In this document: piece by piece, positions 1-9,381 of the stretch
Numbering within the stretch: position 1 is the stretch's first letter
How the letters are laid out: every line of letters begins with the position of its first letter
Assembly: GCA_043797085.1 (NCBI GenBank)
Contig: JAZDQA010000014.1
Coordinates: 64,001 to 128,000, forward strand
Length of the DNA: 64,000 nucleotides
Source: Pseudomonadota bacterium
GTDB lineage: Bacteria > Campylobacterota > Campylobacteria > Campylobacterales > Sulfurimonadaceae
Reading direction: 5' to 3'
Position numbers and translations under genes: made by a program
Notes under the pieces: generated by a model
What the model was told of the DNA's origin: nothing
Databases searched by the model: none
What the model saw: only the letters and a program-made list of their open reading frames with translations

Positions 1-16
1 GCTCTATTGTTGCCAT
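1..16 (-). CDS. 5' end of a gene running off the window (MATIE...), overlapping the rep stop; possibly the element integrase
   Basis: Minus strand reads AAGGAGTTAGAACT-ATG GCA ACA ATA GAG: a good RBS and an ATG at 16 inside the last codons of rep. Product cannot be determined. Confidence 0.5.
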
Positions 17-1410
17 AGTTCTAACTCCTTTTGCCCTACTTTTCTTTGGTAATATTCTTGTTCAACAATTGCCAAATGCTTAACGATTAAACTTGTATCG
101 GGAATTGTTTGGGCTAGCTCCTGATGGAGTGCTTTTGTGAGTGCCTTACAAGCAAGATCAACATCGCTATCGCTCATGCGTGACGGTTCAGGCGGAAGTG
201 TGGGAATGGGGATAAGATTACGAGTTAAGAGATAACGAGCCTCTCCCGTATCAAAGATAATCGGGACAAATGGTTTGACAGCCAATTTTGCTTTGGGTGA
301 TAGCCACAAACTGCTCTCATGCAATATTTTTCTTATCTCATCATGATGTACAAGAACTGTATTCTCTTCCGCTTTGGTTACGAGTGTGCGAAATTCTTTC
401 AAGAAATCACTTGCTTTATACTCTTTAAGTTTTGGAATTAACCGTTCAAGCGGTTTGTCTGCTTGTGGATGAGCATTAAACGTATAGGAGCTATCGAGAT
501 ATTCCCATAGCGGATGCGTAGAAGCACGATGCAAACGTCCGCCGTCAATATCTTTTTGGCTGATTGTTGACATATCGCCAAGACGTACTATTTTCATAAA
601 ACGGTGAAACAGTGATTCAGCATTTTCAAGCAGATCATCAAGTGAGCTAATACGGTATCGTTTTAAAAATTCTCGGTGACATTCAAATTCAAGATTCCAT
701 AATTGCTTAGTGGGATTAATACCATGTTCTAAAAAGTAAAGACCCATTATTTCGTATTTAGCAGAACCAACCAATTCGGCACGTTTGTCATATATACGCA
801 GACGAAAGGGAGGCTTACCAATATACATGGTTTCATATCCGATTTTAGAGCCGAATATTTGAACGAATTTTTGTTTTCGGGTGATAATATCAATTTTGTC
901 TATCACGCTTCCAAGATCGTATTGGCAAAAAATATTCAGATCAGCACGGGTGACTGTATAGACTGGGTTGCTTATTGATGCCAATAATGTATTATTAACG
1001 TAATCAAGTAAACCTTTTAAGCCTAATAGATAGATTCCACTTGCTTGAAGCTGAACGCGTATATCTTGTACTCCTTTATTTTTGAAGGGGTCTTTAAATC
1101 CGACACGAAGCCAACCTGCACCATCTCCAAAGAAATAGAATCCCTCTTTATTTCCATAATAAACGAATTCCTTTTCAGCAATCGTTGTATAGTGAGAATT
1201 AGCAGGAATAAAACCGCCCCATATTGCTTTCTTGTTTTCAATTGCAATAGCCATAGCACCATAAAATGTTTCATAAGCACAATTGGACTGTGCGAAATAA
1301 TACAATGAGTCAATTCCGCCTATTGTCGGAAAATCATAGCTCCCTGATGGAGCAACTTTATTTAAAACCTTTTGTTCCTCAAATGCAGGAACTTTTATAA
1401 CAGAATTCAT
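4..1410 (-). CDS. Replication initiation protein, Rep_trans/MOBT-like rolling-circle initiator
   Basis: 468 aa with motifs GIDSLY, TRADL, ETMYIG, RLRIYDK and WNLEFE in the order typical of replication initiation factor proteins. Confidence 0.75.
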   Translation of the reverse strand: MNSVIKVPAFEEQKVLNKVAPSGSYDFPTIGGIDSLYYFAQSNCAYETFYGAMAIAIENKKAIWGGFIPANSHYTTIAEKEFVYYGNKEGFYFFGDGAGWLRVGFKDPFKNKGVQDIRVQLQASGIYLLGLKGLLDYVNNTLLASISNPVYTVTRADLNIFCQYDLGSVIDKIDIITRKQKFVQIFGSKIGYETMYIGKPPFRLRIYDKRAELVGSAKYEIMGLYFLEHGINPTKQLWNLEFECHREFLKRYRISSLDDLLENAESLFHRFMKIVRLGDMSTISQKDIDGGRLHRASTHPLWEYLDSSYTFNAHPQADKPLERLIPKLKEYKASDFLKEFRTLVTKAEENTVLVHHDEIRKILHESSLWLSPKAKLAVKPFVPIIFDTGEARYLLTRNLIPIPTLPPEPSRMSDSDVDLACKALTKALHQELAQTIPDTSLIVKHLAIVEQEYYQRKVGQKELELWQQ

Positions 1411-1414
1411 TTTT

Positions 1415-1659
1415 AACCCTAGTGTTAATAGGGTTCCAAAAATCCGCGTGTTTTAATCCTAATTTGTCGTTTGTACTGGGGTATTACTATATACCCCGTT
1501 TACACTCTTATCTAACGCCTCGATGACCTGACCGAAACTTAGAAACTCTCTGTCTCGTTGTTGCCCCCACGGCAAAGCCGTGGTGGTCTTTTTAAGAGAG
1601 AAAGCTCCGCCTTCTTTCTGCTAAGGGCTATAAGCCCACGCAGGGGAGAAAACGGCGGA
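1415..1659. other. Cluster of stem-loops upstream of rep (candidate double- and single-strand origins)
   Basis: AACCCTA-N7-TAGGGTT (1415-1435); GGGGTAT-tactat-ATACCCC (1478-1497); CCACGGC-aaa-GCCGTGG (1567-1583); nested TCCGCC...GGGCT-ata-AGCCC...GGCGGA (1606-1659). Confidence 0.55.
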
Positions 1660-1926
1660 AGAATTGACAATAGTAAAAAATCTTTGGTGTAGTCTTATTT
1701 GTGTGTGTGTTTATGTAGTGTGGGGCGATCAGGCGGCTTTTATTTCATTTTCTTTTCGCTTGGCAGCTTCGTGTGTCATTAATTATTGTGTGTTATCTGC
1801 CTATTCTTTTCTTTCTTTTACGTTGCCTGTCTATAATGTGTGTATTTTATTTTGTCTGTATGTTTTACACCTAATTGCGATTCGATAGAACCTTTTATAT
1901 TTTGACCGATGAATCGGTACGGGACA

Positions 1927-1955
1927 AGTTTAGCGGGTTTGATAGGAAGTGTCAA
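1927..1955 (-). promoter_or_regulatory. Sigma70-type promoter directed toward rep
   Basis: Minus strand TTGACA-N17-TAAACT. The inverted repeat ACCGAT-ga-ATCGGT (1905-1918) lies just downstream of the predicted start site. Confidence 0.55.
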
Positions 1956-2008
1956 GATATATGGTATATTACTGAACTTGTAAAGTTAAAAAAATTGTAG
2001 GTATATAA

Positions 2009-2566
2009 ATGAGTAATCCACATGTTTCAAGATTAAAAAAACATTTTCCTACATATATTTATCCTACAATATCTACATGTTTAATAGACCATAAAGGTGT
2101 AGGCGCAACTATTTTAATTTGTTGTGCGATTGATACATTGGCTAGTTATGCGGCATCAAGTCCTAGTCATCAAGGTAACAAGAAAAAATTTATCAATTTT
2201 GTTGAAAAATATTTTTCAAATGACTATGATCCTGAACAATTTTATAAAATGGTCAGATGTGGACTTGTTCATTCATTTAATATGGAGCATACCTACACTA
2301 TTTTGTGTTCAAAAGTAACTTGGGCGCAAGAGCTACATCTCACAACATCAAAAGAATTTAATTATCAAATTATTTTAAATCCATACACATTATTTAGAGA
2401 CCTAAAAAAAGCGCATAAAGCATTCATTTTAGATTTAGAAAATGATATAGAATTACGAAAGATTTTCAGTAAGCTATACATTAACAGTCCTATTTTAAAG
2501 CAACAAACACGAATAATAAAAGCTGTAAAAAAAGTATCTCATCAAAATTCCATACTTGATAATTAA
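2009..2566 (+). CDS. Hypothetical protein with HEPN-like RxxxxH motif
   Basis: 185 aa, AT-rich, RBS GTAGG; helical 'AIDTLAS' segment and RCGLVH (R-x4-H). Confidence 0.6.
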   Translation: MSNPHVSRLKKHFPTYIYPTISTCLIDHKGVGATILICCAIDTLASYAASSPSHQGNKKKFINFVEKYFSNDYDPEQFYKMVRCGLVHSFNMEHTYTILCSKVTWAQELHLTTSKEFNYQIILNPYTLFRDLKKAHKAFILDLENDIELRKIFSKLYINSPILKQQTRIIKAVKKVSHQNSILDN

Positions 2567-2579
2567 CTAAAGTGAAAAT

Positions 2580-3683
2580 ATGACCAATCAAGAGCAAATA
2601 CTTTTTTTGAAAAAATCTTATACAGACTTAACACATATAGTTGAACATATCCGTACACCAGATGCTATCAACAAATGGAAAGCTATATTATTACCAAAAT
2701 TAGAGGGAAGTAACAAAATAAAAATTAGCAGAATCGAAATTTTTAGATATCCTCAAAATTCATACAATTTTCATATGGAGTTAGATACTCATGAATTGAA
2801 TATAGCTAAAGCAGTATTAAGAGACATTGCTTTTAAATATTTGGATGTAAAAACAAAAGAAAACATTGAAGCCCTGAAATTACTTAAAGCTAGAGAAGAA
2901 AATATAGACTTTGAAATGCAATTAGCAGAAATGGTTTGTGGAGATAATACAAAATTTCCTTATAGATCTTCAACATACTTAACAGAGTTCTTTCAAAATC
3001 TAGGTTACAACTATGTACACAGCGGGGAAACAAGAAAATATTGGGTAAAAAATATTTTGGAAGAATTAAACATCAAAGAAATACATATTTTAGTTTCAAC
3101 TGGACTATTCCGGCAAAAATATTTTCTTGATTTTGCTAAAGAGAAGTCATTAGATTCAAAAATATTTTTCAAAAATGCTGCAAATGAATTTAAAGAATTT
3201 GTTCAAAATTCAGTTGAATGTAATAAGCATTTTGATTTATCTAGCGTACTTGATATGAATGTAAATATTGAACTATTATTCGATCATGAAGCCAAAACAT
3301 ATGATAAAGAATTAAATACATTAATTGAGGAAGCAAAAGAAAGATTTTTCAATCCTAATGATAAACAGATTGCTTTAGAAAAGCTATGGGATGCATTTGA
3401 AAGAATTAAAACATTTTATTTATCAGAAGGTCTTAAAAAAAGTCAATCTGCCGAAAAATTAGTTGAAACTATTTCTAAAAAATTTGATAAGGATTTTATA
3501 GACCATGAATTTAAAGTGCTGACTAAAATAGGTAACGAGTATCGTATTCGTCATCATGAAATGGATAAATTGGAATTAACTATAGAGCATCAAAACTATT
3601 TTTTCTTTAGAATGCTAACACTAATTGATCTGTGCTTAGTATTTTTAAATGAAAGTGAAATCGAAGATACTCACATCTTTTAA
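2580..3683 (+). CDS. AbiJ-like protein with C-terminal HEPN-type domain (candidate abortive infection)
   Basis: 367 aa; C-terminal 'ALEKLWDAFERIKT ... LTKIGNEYRIRHHE' resembles AbiJ-related C-termini; 13-nt gap after the preceding gene. Confidence 0.6.
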   Translation: MTNQEQILFLKKSYTDLTHIVEHIRTPDAINKWKAILLPKLEGSNKIKISRIEIFRYPQNSYNFHMELDTHELNIAKAVLRDIAFKYLDVKTKENIEALKLLKAREENIDFEMQLAEMVCGDNTKFPYRSSTYLTEFFQNLGYNYVHSGETRKYWVKNILEELNIKEIHILVSTGLFRQKYFLDFAKEKSLDSKIFFKNAANEFKEFVQNSVECNKHFDLSSVLDMNVNIELLFDHEAKTYDKELNTLIEEAKERFFNPNDKQIALEKLWDAFERIKTFYLSEGLKKSQSAEKLVETISKKFDKDFIDHEFKVLTKIGNEYRIRHHEMDKLELTIEHQNYFFFRMLTLIDLCLVFLNESEIEDTHIF

Positions 3684-3775
3684 AAATCAGTAGACAACTT
3701 TAATAATTCCTTTGATATTTTCAGTTAACTCTTTTTTAATGAAGTAATAAATGCTTGTAATAACGAAGTGAGTTT

Positions 3776-3794
3776 TAGTGCCACTATAGTGCCA
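3776..3794 (+). repeat. Tandem direct repeat TAGTGCCA x2 (11-bp period), candidate integrase arm-type sites
   Basis: tagtgcca-cta-tagtgcca about 90 bp from the att core. Confidence 0.5.
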
Positions 3795-3876
3795 TAAGCA
3801 GAAGCTAAAATAAATCAAGATTGTGCAAAAGAAACGCTGGAAATTTCGCTTTTAGTGAGGTTTGTTAATATTGCGT

Positions 3877-3904
3877 GAGGATTCGAATCTCTCCTCGTCC
3901 GCCA
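3877..3904 (+). repeat. att site: 3' fragment of tRNA-Ser (T-loop, acceptor stem, CCA); not a complete tRNA
   Basis: GAGGA-TTCGAATCTCTCCTCGTCC-G-CCA contains the T-loop TTCGAAT, a discriminator G and CCA. No 5' tRNA half lies upstream. Confidence 0.8.
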
Positions 3905-4041
3905 CACTTAATCCCCTCCAACACAATCCAAAAAGACAAACACAAACCCCTTAAATAAACACTTTTAAAGCTATTTAGCCTCTAATACGTATTTATCTGA
4001 TACAACCACATCCATATTCTTAATGTACTTTCGTATAATGC

Positions 4042-4731
4042 TTACTTTTCCTCTCGCACTACTCCATCCTCAACCCTCAAAATCCGATCAAACAGTGGCA
4101 GCATGCGCTCATCGTGAGTGACAACGACAATAGCAACCTGCTGTTCATGGGCTAGTTTTCGCAGTAACTCCATGACGGAAAGTGCTCTCTCACCATCCAA
4201 TGCGGCAGTCGGTTCATCGGCAAGGATGATTTTAGGATTATTAGCAAGCGACCTTGCGATAGCTACCCTTTGGCTTTGACCCCCTGAGAGCTGTGAGGGC
4301 ATTTTCTTTTCTTTGTCCCCTACTCCCAAATACTCCAACAGTTCTCTGGCTTTGGCGTTAGAATCCTTTGTAGACACCCCATTCATCTGTGGGACTAAGG
4401 TTACATTTTCCAATACATTCAAAAAAGGGATCAAATTGTGTGCCTGAAAAATAAATCCGATATTCTCACGGCGAAGCTTGCGCTCATCATGGATAAGCCA
4501 TTTTTCGTCGTACACTATGTCACCATTTAGGACAAGTTTTCCGCTTGAGGGTTCCGTGATACACCCTATCATCGTAATAAGCGTTGTTTTTCCCGAACCG
4601 CTGGGACCTAGAAGCGCCACCGTTTCTCCTGAAAAGATCTCGAATGTCGCCTCTTTAATCGCAGTAACGGCACTCTCACCTATTCCGTACGTTTTTGAAA
4701 TACCACTCATGGCTATTATTGGTTTACTCAT
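4042..4731 (-). CDS. ABC transporter ATP-binding protein (LolD/MacB-like)
   Basis: Walker A GPSGSGKT, signature LSGGQ, Walker B ILADEPT, H-loop VTHD. Confidence 0.95.
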   Translation of the reverse strand: MSKPIIAMSGISKTYGIGESAVTAIKEATFEIFSGETVALLGPSGSGKTTLITMIGCITEPSSGKLVLNGDIVYDEKWLIHDERKLRRENIGFIFQAHNLIPFLNVLENVTLVPQMNGVSTKDSNAKARELLEYLGVGDKEKKMPSQLSGGQSQRVAIARSLANNPKIILADEPTAALDGERALSVMELLRKLAHEQQVAIVVVTHDERMLPLFDRILRVEDGVVREEK

Positions 4732-5868
4732 TTATCCCCCAATCGCACTGGATGGATCAACACGAAGTGCCGTACGAATACCCGAAAGGGATGCCAAAAT
4801 ACTCACGATAATGATCACAATAAAAAGTTTTAGTGCATCAGTAGGGATAAGGATGACCGTTTTTGGGAAAAAGTTTGCGCTTGCATTGGCAAAGATATTT
4901 CCACCGATAAACGCAAGAATTCCCAGTAATAACGATTGCTGTCCAATCATCTTCGTAATGATGATATTGGGTGCTCCTATGAGTTTTAAAATGGCTATCT
5001 CTTTCATTTTACCGATCGTCATCGTGTAGATAATAAGCGAAATAATCACCGACGAGACGATGAGTAAAATCACGGTGAACATCCCTATTTGTTTAGCAGA
5101 GCGTTCAATGAGATTTTTAGTGAGAATATCACTCTGTTCTTGTGCCGTATAGACTTCTTGATGTTTCCATCGCTGGATTTCTCTCGCAACTGCTTTAGGA
5201 TCAAAACCTTCTTTAAGAGTCAAAACAATCGTATTGACCGTAGAGGTTGAAACGCTGTTTCCTCCACGGAAGCGGTCATTGCGAATTTGCTCGTTGCTAA
5301 ACAAAAATTGCAGCTCTTGCGCCTCATTTAGATCCAAATAAATCATTGGATCACCGCCTGAAGAGACGGCTTTGTGCGTCATTCCTACAACCGTATACAT
5401 TTCACGTCCCAGCGGTATGGAATCTCCGAGCTTAAATCCCGTTTTGCTATCGACGATGATCTCTTTGTGGGGGATTTGGATGGAACGTCCAGAACTAAGA
5501 GTATACGGCTCATAGCCGCTAAATACATCATAGCCCAAGGCAAAGACCCGTATCGGCTTCTTAGCTTGAAAAATTTGGAGGCTTTGAAAGGTGATCGGAT
5601 GCACCTCATCCACCCCTAAAAATCCTTTGAGCGAATATTTGAGATCTTCATGGAGTCGTGAATTTTCGGCAAAAGGTCCAAGGGTATCTTTTTGTACCAC
5701 CCATAAATCGGCTGCTATATCATTGGGGACGATCATCGAGTCGTGCACCATTCCCCGATACACACCGATCATAATGAGCACCACACCAATGAGCATCCCA
5801 ACTCCCAGTGCGGTGACGATAAACTTACCCAGCGAATGAGCAATATCACGTTGTGCGAGATTAATCAT
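4732..5868 (-). CDS. ABC transporter permease (FtsX/MacB-like)
   Basis: N-terminal TM, periplasmic domain, C-terminal TMs with 'EIAILKLIGA'. Confidence 0.9.
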   Translation of the reverse strand: MINLAQRDIAHSLGKFIVTALGVGMLIGVVLIMIGVYRGMVHDSMIVPNDIAADLWVVQKDTLGPFAENSRLHEDLKYSLKGFLGVDEVHPITFQSLQIFQAKKPIRVFALGYDVFSGYEPYTLSSGRSIQIPHKEIIVDSKTGFKLGDSIPLGREMYTVVGMTHKAVSSGGDPMIYLDLNEAQELQFLFSNEQIRNDRFRGGNSVSTSTVNTIVLTLKEGFDPKAVAREIQRWKHQEVYTAQEQSDILTKNLIERSAKQIGMFTVILLIVSSVIISLIIYTMTIGKMKEIAILKLIGAPNIIITKMIGQQSLLLGILAFIGGNIFANASANFFPKTVILIPTDALKLFIVIIIVSILASLSGIRTALRVDPSSAIGG

Positions 5869-6806
5869 AATTTTATTTTTGCTTTAGATGAAATATCGAT
5901 AATCGTTTCCGCTTGCTCACCGATATGAATCGGATTTGGAAGAGTATCTAAAGCAATATAGACAACACGCTCTTCCGTAATACGGTCACTCTCCACCCCG
6001 ATTCGAACCACTTTACCTGAAAATTTCTGATCCGGAAACGATCTGAGAGTGACTGTTGCACTTTGCCCTGCTTTTACTTTTGCACTTTGACGCTCATCGA
6101 TGTAGGTTTTAATCCACAGTGTTTTGGGATTTGCGAGTCGAAACACCGCCATCCCTGCACCTACGGTACTCCCTGCTTCAAAATCACGCGAAACGACGAT
6201 TCCATCAAAGGGTGAGACTAAGGTCAAATCATCAATTTTATCTTGTTGGCTCATACGTGTCGCAAGGGATTTTTCAATGTCATATTTGGAGATTTTCAGA
6301 TTTTCTTTGGCGCTTATCAATTGCGCTGCGGCACTTTGCGCTCCCGCTTGTGCACTGTCAAACTCGGCTTGGGTTACAAATCCCCCTTTTAAAAGAGTTG
6401 TGTAACGAGAAAGTGTCGTATCCGCTAGAGCCTTTTTGGCTTTTAAATCCTCGATAATCGCATTTTGGGATGCCATTTGAGCACGGCTTTTAGCAATCGT
6501 TGCCGTGCTCTCTTGTAAATTTCCGCGCAGTTCTGAGATTTCCATTTTTGCCAGCACTTGACCCTCTCGAATCACATCACCCTCATCGGCAAACAACTCC
6601 GCAAGCTTGGACGTTGTTTTGGGAGCGAGTACTACTATCTCTTTGGCTTCTATCGTCCCTACTCCGCTGACAAATATTATTTCAGGTGCTTTACTAACCA
6701 TAATATCAGGTGTTTTTTGTGCTTGGAGCTTTACGTACACCACAACAACTGCTACCACAAAAGCCACCAATCCTATCCAAACATATTTATTTTTTATCAT
6801 TTCCAT
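5865..6806 (-). CDS. Efflux periplasmic adaptor (membrane fusion protein)
   Basis: TM anchor, lipoyl motifs (EGDVIREGQVLA, SPFDGIV), coiled coil. Start placed at the ATG at 6806 (or 6800), overlapping the tolC end. Confidence 0.9.
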   Translation of the reverse strand: MEMIKNKYVWIGLVAFVVAVVVVYVKLQAQKTPDIMVSKAPEIIFVSGVGTIEAKEIVVLAPKTTSKLAELFADEGDVIREGQVLAKMEISELRGNLQESTATIAKSRAQMASQNAIIEDLKAKKALADTTLSRYTTLLKGGFVTQAEFDSAQAGAQSAAAQLISAKENLKISKYDIEKSLATRMSQQDKIDDLTLVSPFDGIVVSRDFEAGSTVGAGMAVFRLANPKTLWIKTYIDERQSAKVKAGQSATVTLRSFPDQKFSGKVVRIGVESDRITEERVVYIALDTLPNPIHIGEQAETIIDISSKAKIKL

Positions 6807-8064
6807 TACCTTCATTGAGTAGTTTTTGCACGTGTGCATACGCACTTATTTTTTGATATTTTACTTGGACTAACTCAGATTCTGCATTGTCTACCGTGCT
6901 TTGAGACTCCAATACATCCACATAGGTTGCTAATCCTTGCGCATATCGTCCTCCAATGAGGTGCAATGATTTTGTGGTAGCTTCGATGACACTCTCTTTG
7001 GATTTTATCGACTCATCAGCACGTTTGAAATCACGATACGCGCCATATACTTCTTGCCACAATAGACGCTCAACATTCTCAAACTCTTTTTGGGCTATCG
7101 TATAGGCAATACGGCTTTTTTGTCCTTCTGCTGAGAGCTTACCGCCATCATACAACGGTATCGTTCCCATAACTCCCGCTTGATAGCTGTCATACGCCGA
7201 GAGAGAATTATCATAGCCATATGAGGCTACCAGTGCTACATTTCCGTATTTTTCATTATTTGCCGCATCCGATAAAGCTTTGAGCGCGTCAATAGACAAA
7301 CGTAAAGCTTTTAGCTGAGGATTATTGTCGCGTAATTTTTGTCGCAGAGTTTCCAAAGAGGTATTTTGAAGGGACAGCATTTCGCAACGCTGATCTAAAC
7401 TGGCTTGATTGACAGCTGCAAGCTCATCACTTCCGATCAAAGTCCCCAGTGACAAAGAGGCCTTATCGTAGTCAATCTTGGCTCGCAAGGCACGATCTTG
7501 CGCTTCCAAAAGAGATGCTCTAAAACGCAACTCATCCGCCTCGGTTTTTAATCCGCTTTTACGCATATTGAGCGCCTGCTTGAACTGACCTTCATAAAAT
7601 TTTACCGAAGCCTCTGCCGTATCGATCAATGAAGCTGTAACTGCAACACTATAATACGTATTCCAAACTTTCTCGATGAGTTCATTCTGAGTCAATTTTT
7701 TCATCGAACCTGCACCCTCTTGCGTACGCAAAGCAGAAGTATATCGCTCACGTGAACGTCCAAAATCCCACAACGAATACGATCCGCTAATGTCACCATG
7801 AAAACTATCACTTTGTTTTGTTGCAAATGCTCCATTGGTAGGCATGACAAACGTTTTGGTTGGGAAATAGTTGGCATTTGCGTCGATGCGAGGATACAGC
7901 GCCGAATCAGCACTCTTGGTCGTTTCGATAGCGCTCTCGTATTGCAAAGAAGCAATTTGACCATTTGGGTGTGTTTTTAACGTTTTTTCAATCGCTTCCT
8001 CTAGTGTTAAAGCACTTGCACTCATACTAAGTAGAAAAAAGGAAAAAGTGGTAATGAATCGCAT
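6787..8064 (-). CDS. TolC family outer membrane efflux protein
   Basis: Signal peptide, 'LTLEEAIE', 'YPRID', 'IPLYDGG', 'RYAQGLATYVDVLESQ'. Confidence 0.92.
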   Translation of the reverse strand: MRFITTFSFFLLSMSASALTLEEAIEKTLKTHPNGQIASLQYESAIETTKSADSALYPRIDANANYFPTKTFVMPTNGAFATKQSDSFHGDISGSYSLWDFGRSRERYTSALRTQEGAGSMKKLTQNELIEKVWNTYYSVAVTASLIDTAEASVKFYEGQFKQALNMRKSGLKTEADELRFRASLLEAQDRALRAKIDYDKASLSLGTLIGSDELAAVNQASLDQRCEMLSLQNTSLETLRQKLRDNNPQLKALRLSIDALKALSDAANNEKYGNVALVASYGYDNSLSAYDSYQAGVMGTIPLYDGGKLSAEGQKSRIAYTIAQKEFENVERLLWQEVYGAYRDFKRADESIKSKESVIEATTKSLHLIGGRYAQGLATYVDVLESQSTVDNAESELVQVKYQKISAYAHVQKLLNEGNGNDKK

Positions 8065-8118
8065 ACAATCCCTCTCTTGATAATTATCTAAATTATATCA
8101 CAAAATAAAACCCTGTTA

Positions 8119-8160
8119 TTGATCGAAGTCAATCCTTTTAGACTTTCGTAACGTTATACT
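8119..8160 (+). promoter_or_regulatory. Crp/Fnr-family (Nss/DNR-type) box TTGA-N6-TCAA with -10 TATACT upstream of nnrS
   Basis: TTGATCGAAGTCAA at 8119-8132 and TATACT at 8155-8160; the spacing fits a class II (about -41.5) site. Confidence 0.7.
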
Positions 8161-8184
8161 CCCATACTTTTACAAGGATACACC

Positions 8185-9381
8185 ATGCTAACATTTACAA
8201 CCAAGCCTAAAAACTACTTTTTGTCTCAGCCCCATCAGCCGTTTTTCCTCTTTGGCGTAGTTTGGGCAATTGTCTCAATGGTCATTTTTACCCTTTCTCA
8301 CAAGGGACTCATCACGCTCACTCTTGCTGAAAATTCTTTTCATTTTTACAGCCTTGCCTTTATTGTTTTTGTTCAATTCTTTCATGGCTTTTTATTTACC
8401 ACTTTTCCCCGATTTTGCTCGAGTATGGCAATACCGCAGGACGTTTATCTGCGGATTGTTTGGCTGTATCAAATCGGAGCCGCATTGTTTTTCACAGGAG
8501 CATTACTGTGGAACTTACTTGCATGGATAGGGATATTTATTGTTTTATTTGCCCATTCGATGGCAATTTTTACATTGCATTGGATCTACAAAAATGGTCA
8601 ATCCCCTCTCAAACAAGATCCGTATTGGATACTAATCGCTCACGGTATTGGTATTGCAGCGCACACCGTTTGGTTTATTGCCTACGGTCTTGAACTGTTA
8701 GGAATATCTTTCAATATCGTATCTTACATTGCTCCTATTAGTATCAATCTCTTTTTGATTTTTCTCACCTTTACCGTATCCCAACGAATGATCCCCTTTT
8801 TCAGCCACAGTTCGGAATCTAAATCCAACTACTTTGTCGAAACCGTTTTTGCCCTCTTGATCGTAAAAACTCTCTTAAATATACTCGTCATTCCTCTCGT
8901 AGAAGCCGCAGTCAGTATTTTACTCTCACTGTATTTGTTGCGAGAATTTTTACGATGGAAACTTCCTCTTTTTAAATCACCTGCCATCGTATGGATACTG
9001 TATCTCGCTTTGTTTTGGTTGCCAGTGGGATTATTTTTAGGTGCTTTAGGAGAAATCATCGCGTACTTCACCCATATATCATTGCTCTTTATGGGTATGC
9101 ATCTACTGGTTTTAGGATTTTTAACCACCGTATTGATTGGATTTGGAACACGAGTAACCCTAGGACACTCAGGACAACCACCCCATGCCGACACACTTGC
9201 CATCGCTCTTTTTTGGTGGACTCAGGTTGTTATCCTCTCACGTGCAGCTCTCTCCATCGACAACGCATTTTCAGCGGCACACCCTTGGATCTTTGATCTC
9301 ACCGTAACGGCATGGATCATTCTCTTTTGTGTTTGGGGATGGAAATATGGGAGAATTTTGATCTGGGGAAAACAGCGATAA
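8185..9381 (+). CDS. nnrS: NnrS family membrane protein
   Basis: Multi-TM protein with 'PHQPFFL', 'GFLFTTFP', 'RMIPFF', 'TRVTLGHSG'. Confidence 0.88.
   Translation: MLTFTTKPKNYFLSQPHQPFFLFGVVWAIVSMVIFTLSHKGLITLTLAENSFHFYSLAFIVFVQFFHGFLFTTFPRFCSSMAIPQDVYLRIVWLYQIGAALFFTGALLWNLLAWIGIFIVLFAHSMAIFTLHWIYKNGQSPLKQDPYWILIAHGIGIAAHTVWFIAYGLELLGISFNIVSYIAPISINLFLIFLTFTVSQRMIPFFSHSSESKSNYFVETVFALLIVKTLLNILVIPLVEAAVSILLSLYLLREFLRWKLPLFKSPAIVWILYLALFWLPVGLFLGALGEIIAYFTHISLLFMGMHLLVLGFLTTVLIGFGTRVTLGHSGQPPHADTLAIALFWWTQVVILSRAALSIDNAFSAAHPWIFDLTVTAWIILFCVWGWKYGRILIWGKQR

Larger units (their letters stand above)
1..3904. mobile_element. Right end of a small element integrated at a tRNA-Ser 3' end (Rep_trans-like initiator plus HEPN-type cargo); continues beyond the left edge
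   Basis: Rep-like gene, hairpin-rich origin-like region, AT-rich cargo genes, arm-type direct repeats and a tRNA 3'-end fragment ending at 3904. Confidence 0.75.

Noticed and set aside
1664..1888. 74-aa plus-strand ORF and a 16-aa minus-strand ORF (1729-1779, MTHEAAKRKENEIKAA)
   Set aside because: Low-complexity T/G-rich sequence with no clear RBS or motif; more likely a non-coding leader, though a leader peptide is not excluded.
3820..3904. Complete tRNA gene
   Set aside because: Only the T-loop, 3' acceptor strand and CCA are present. There is no D-arm, anticodon arm or 5' acceptor strand, and the T-stem is mismatched, so it is treated as an att fragment.
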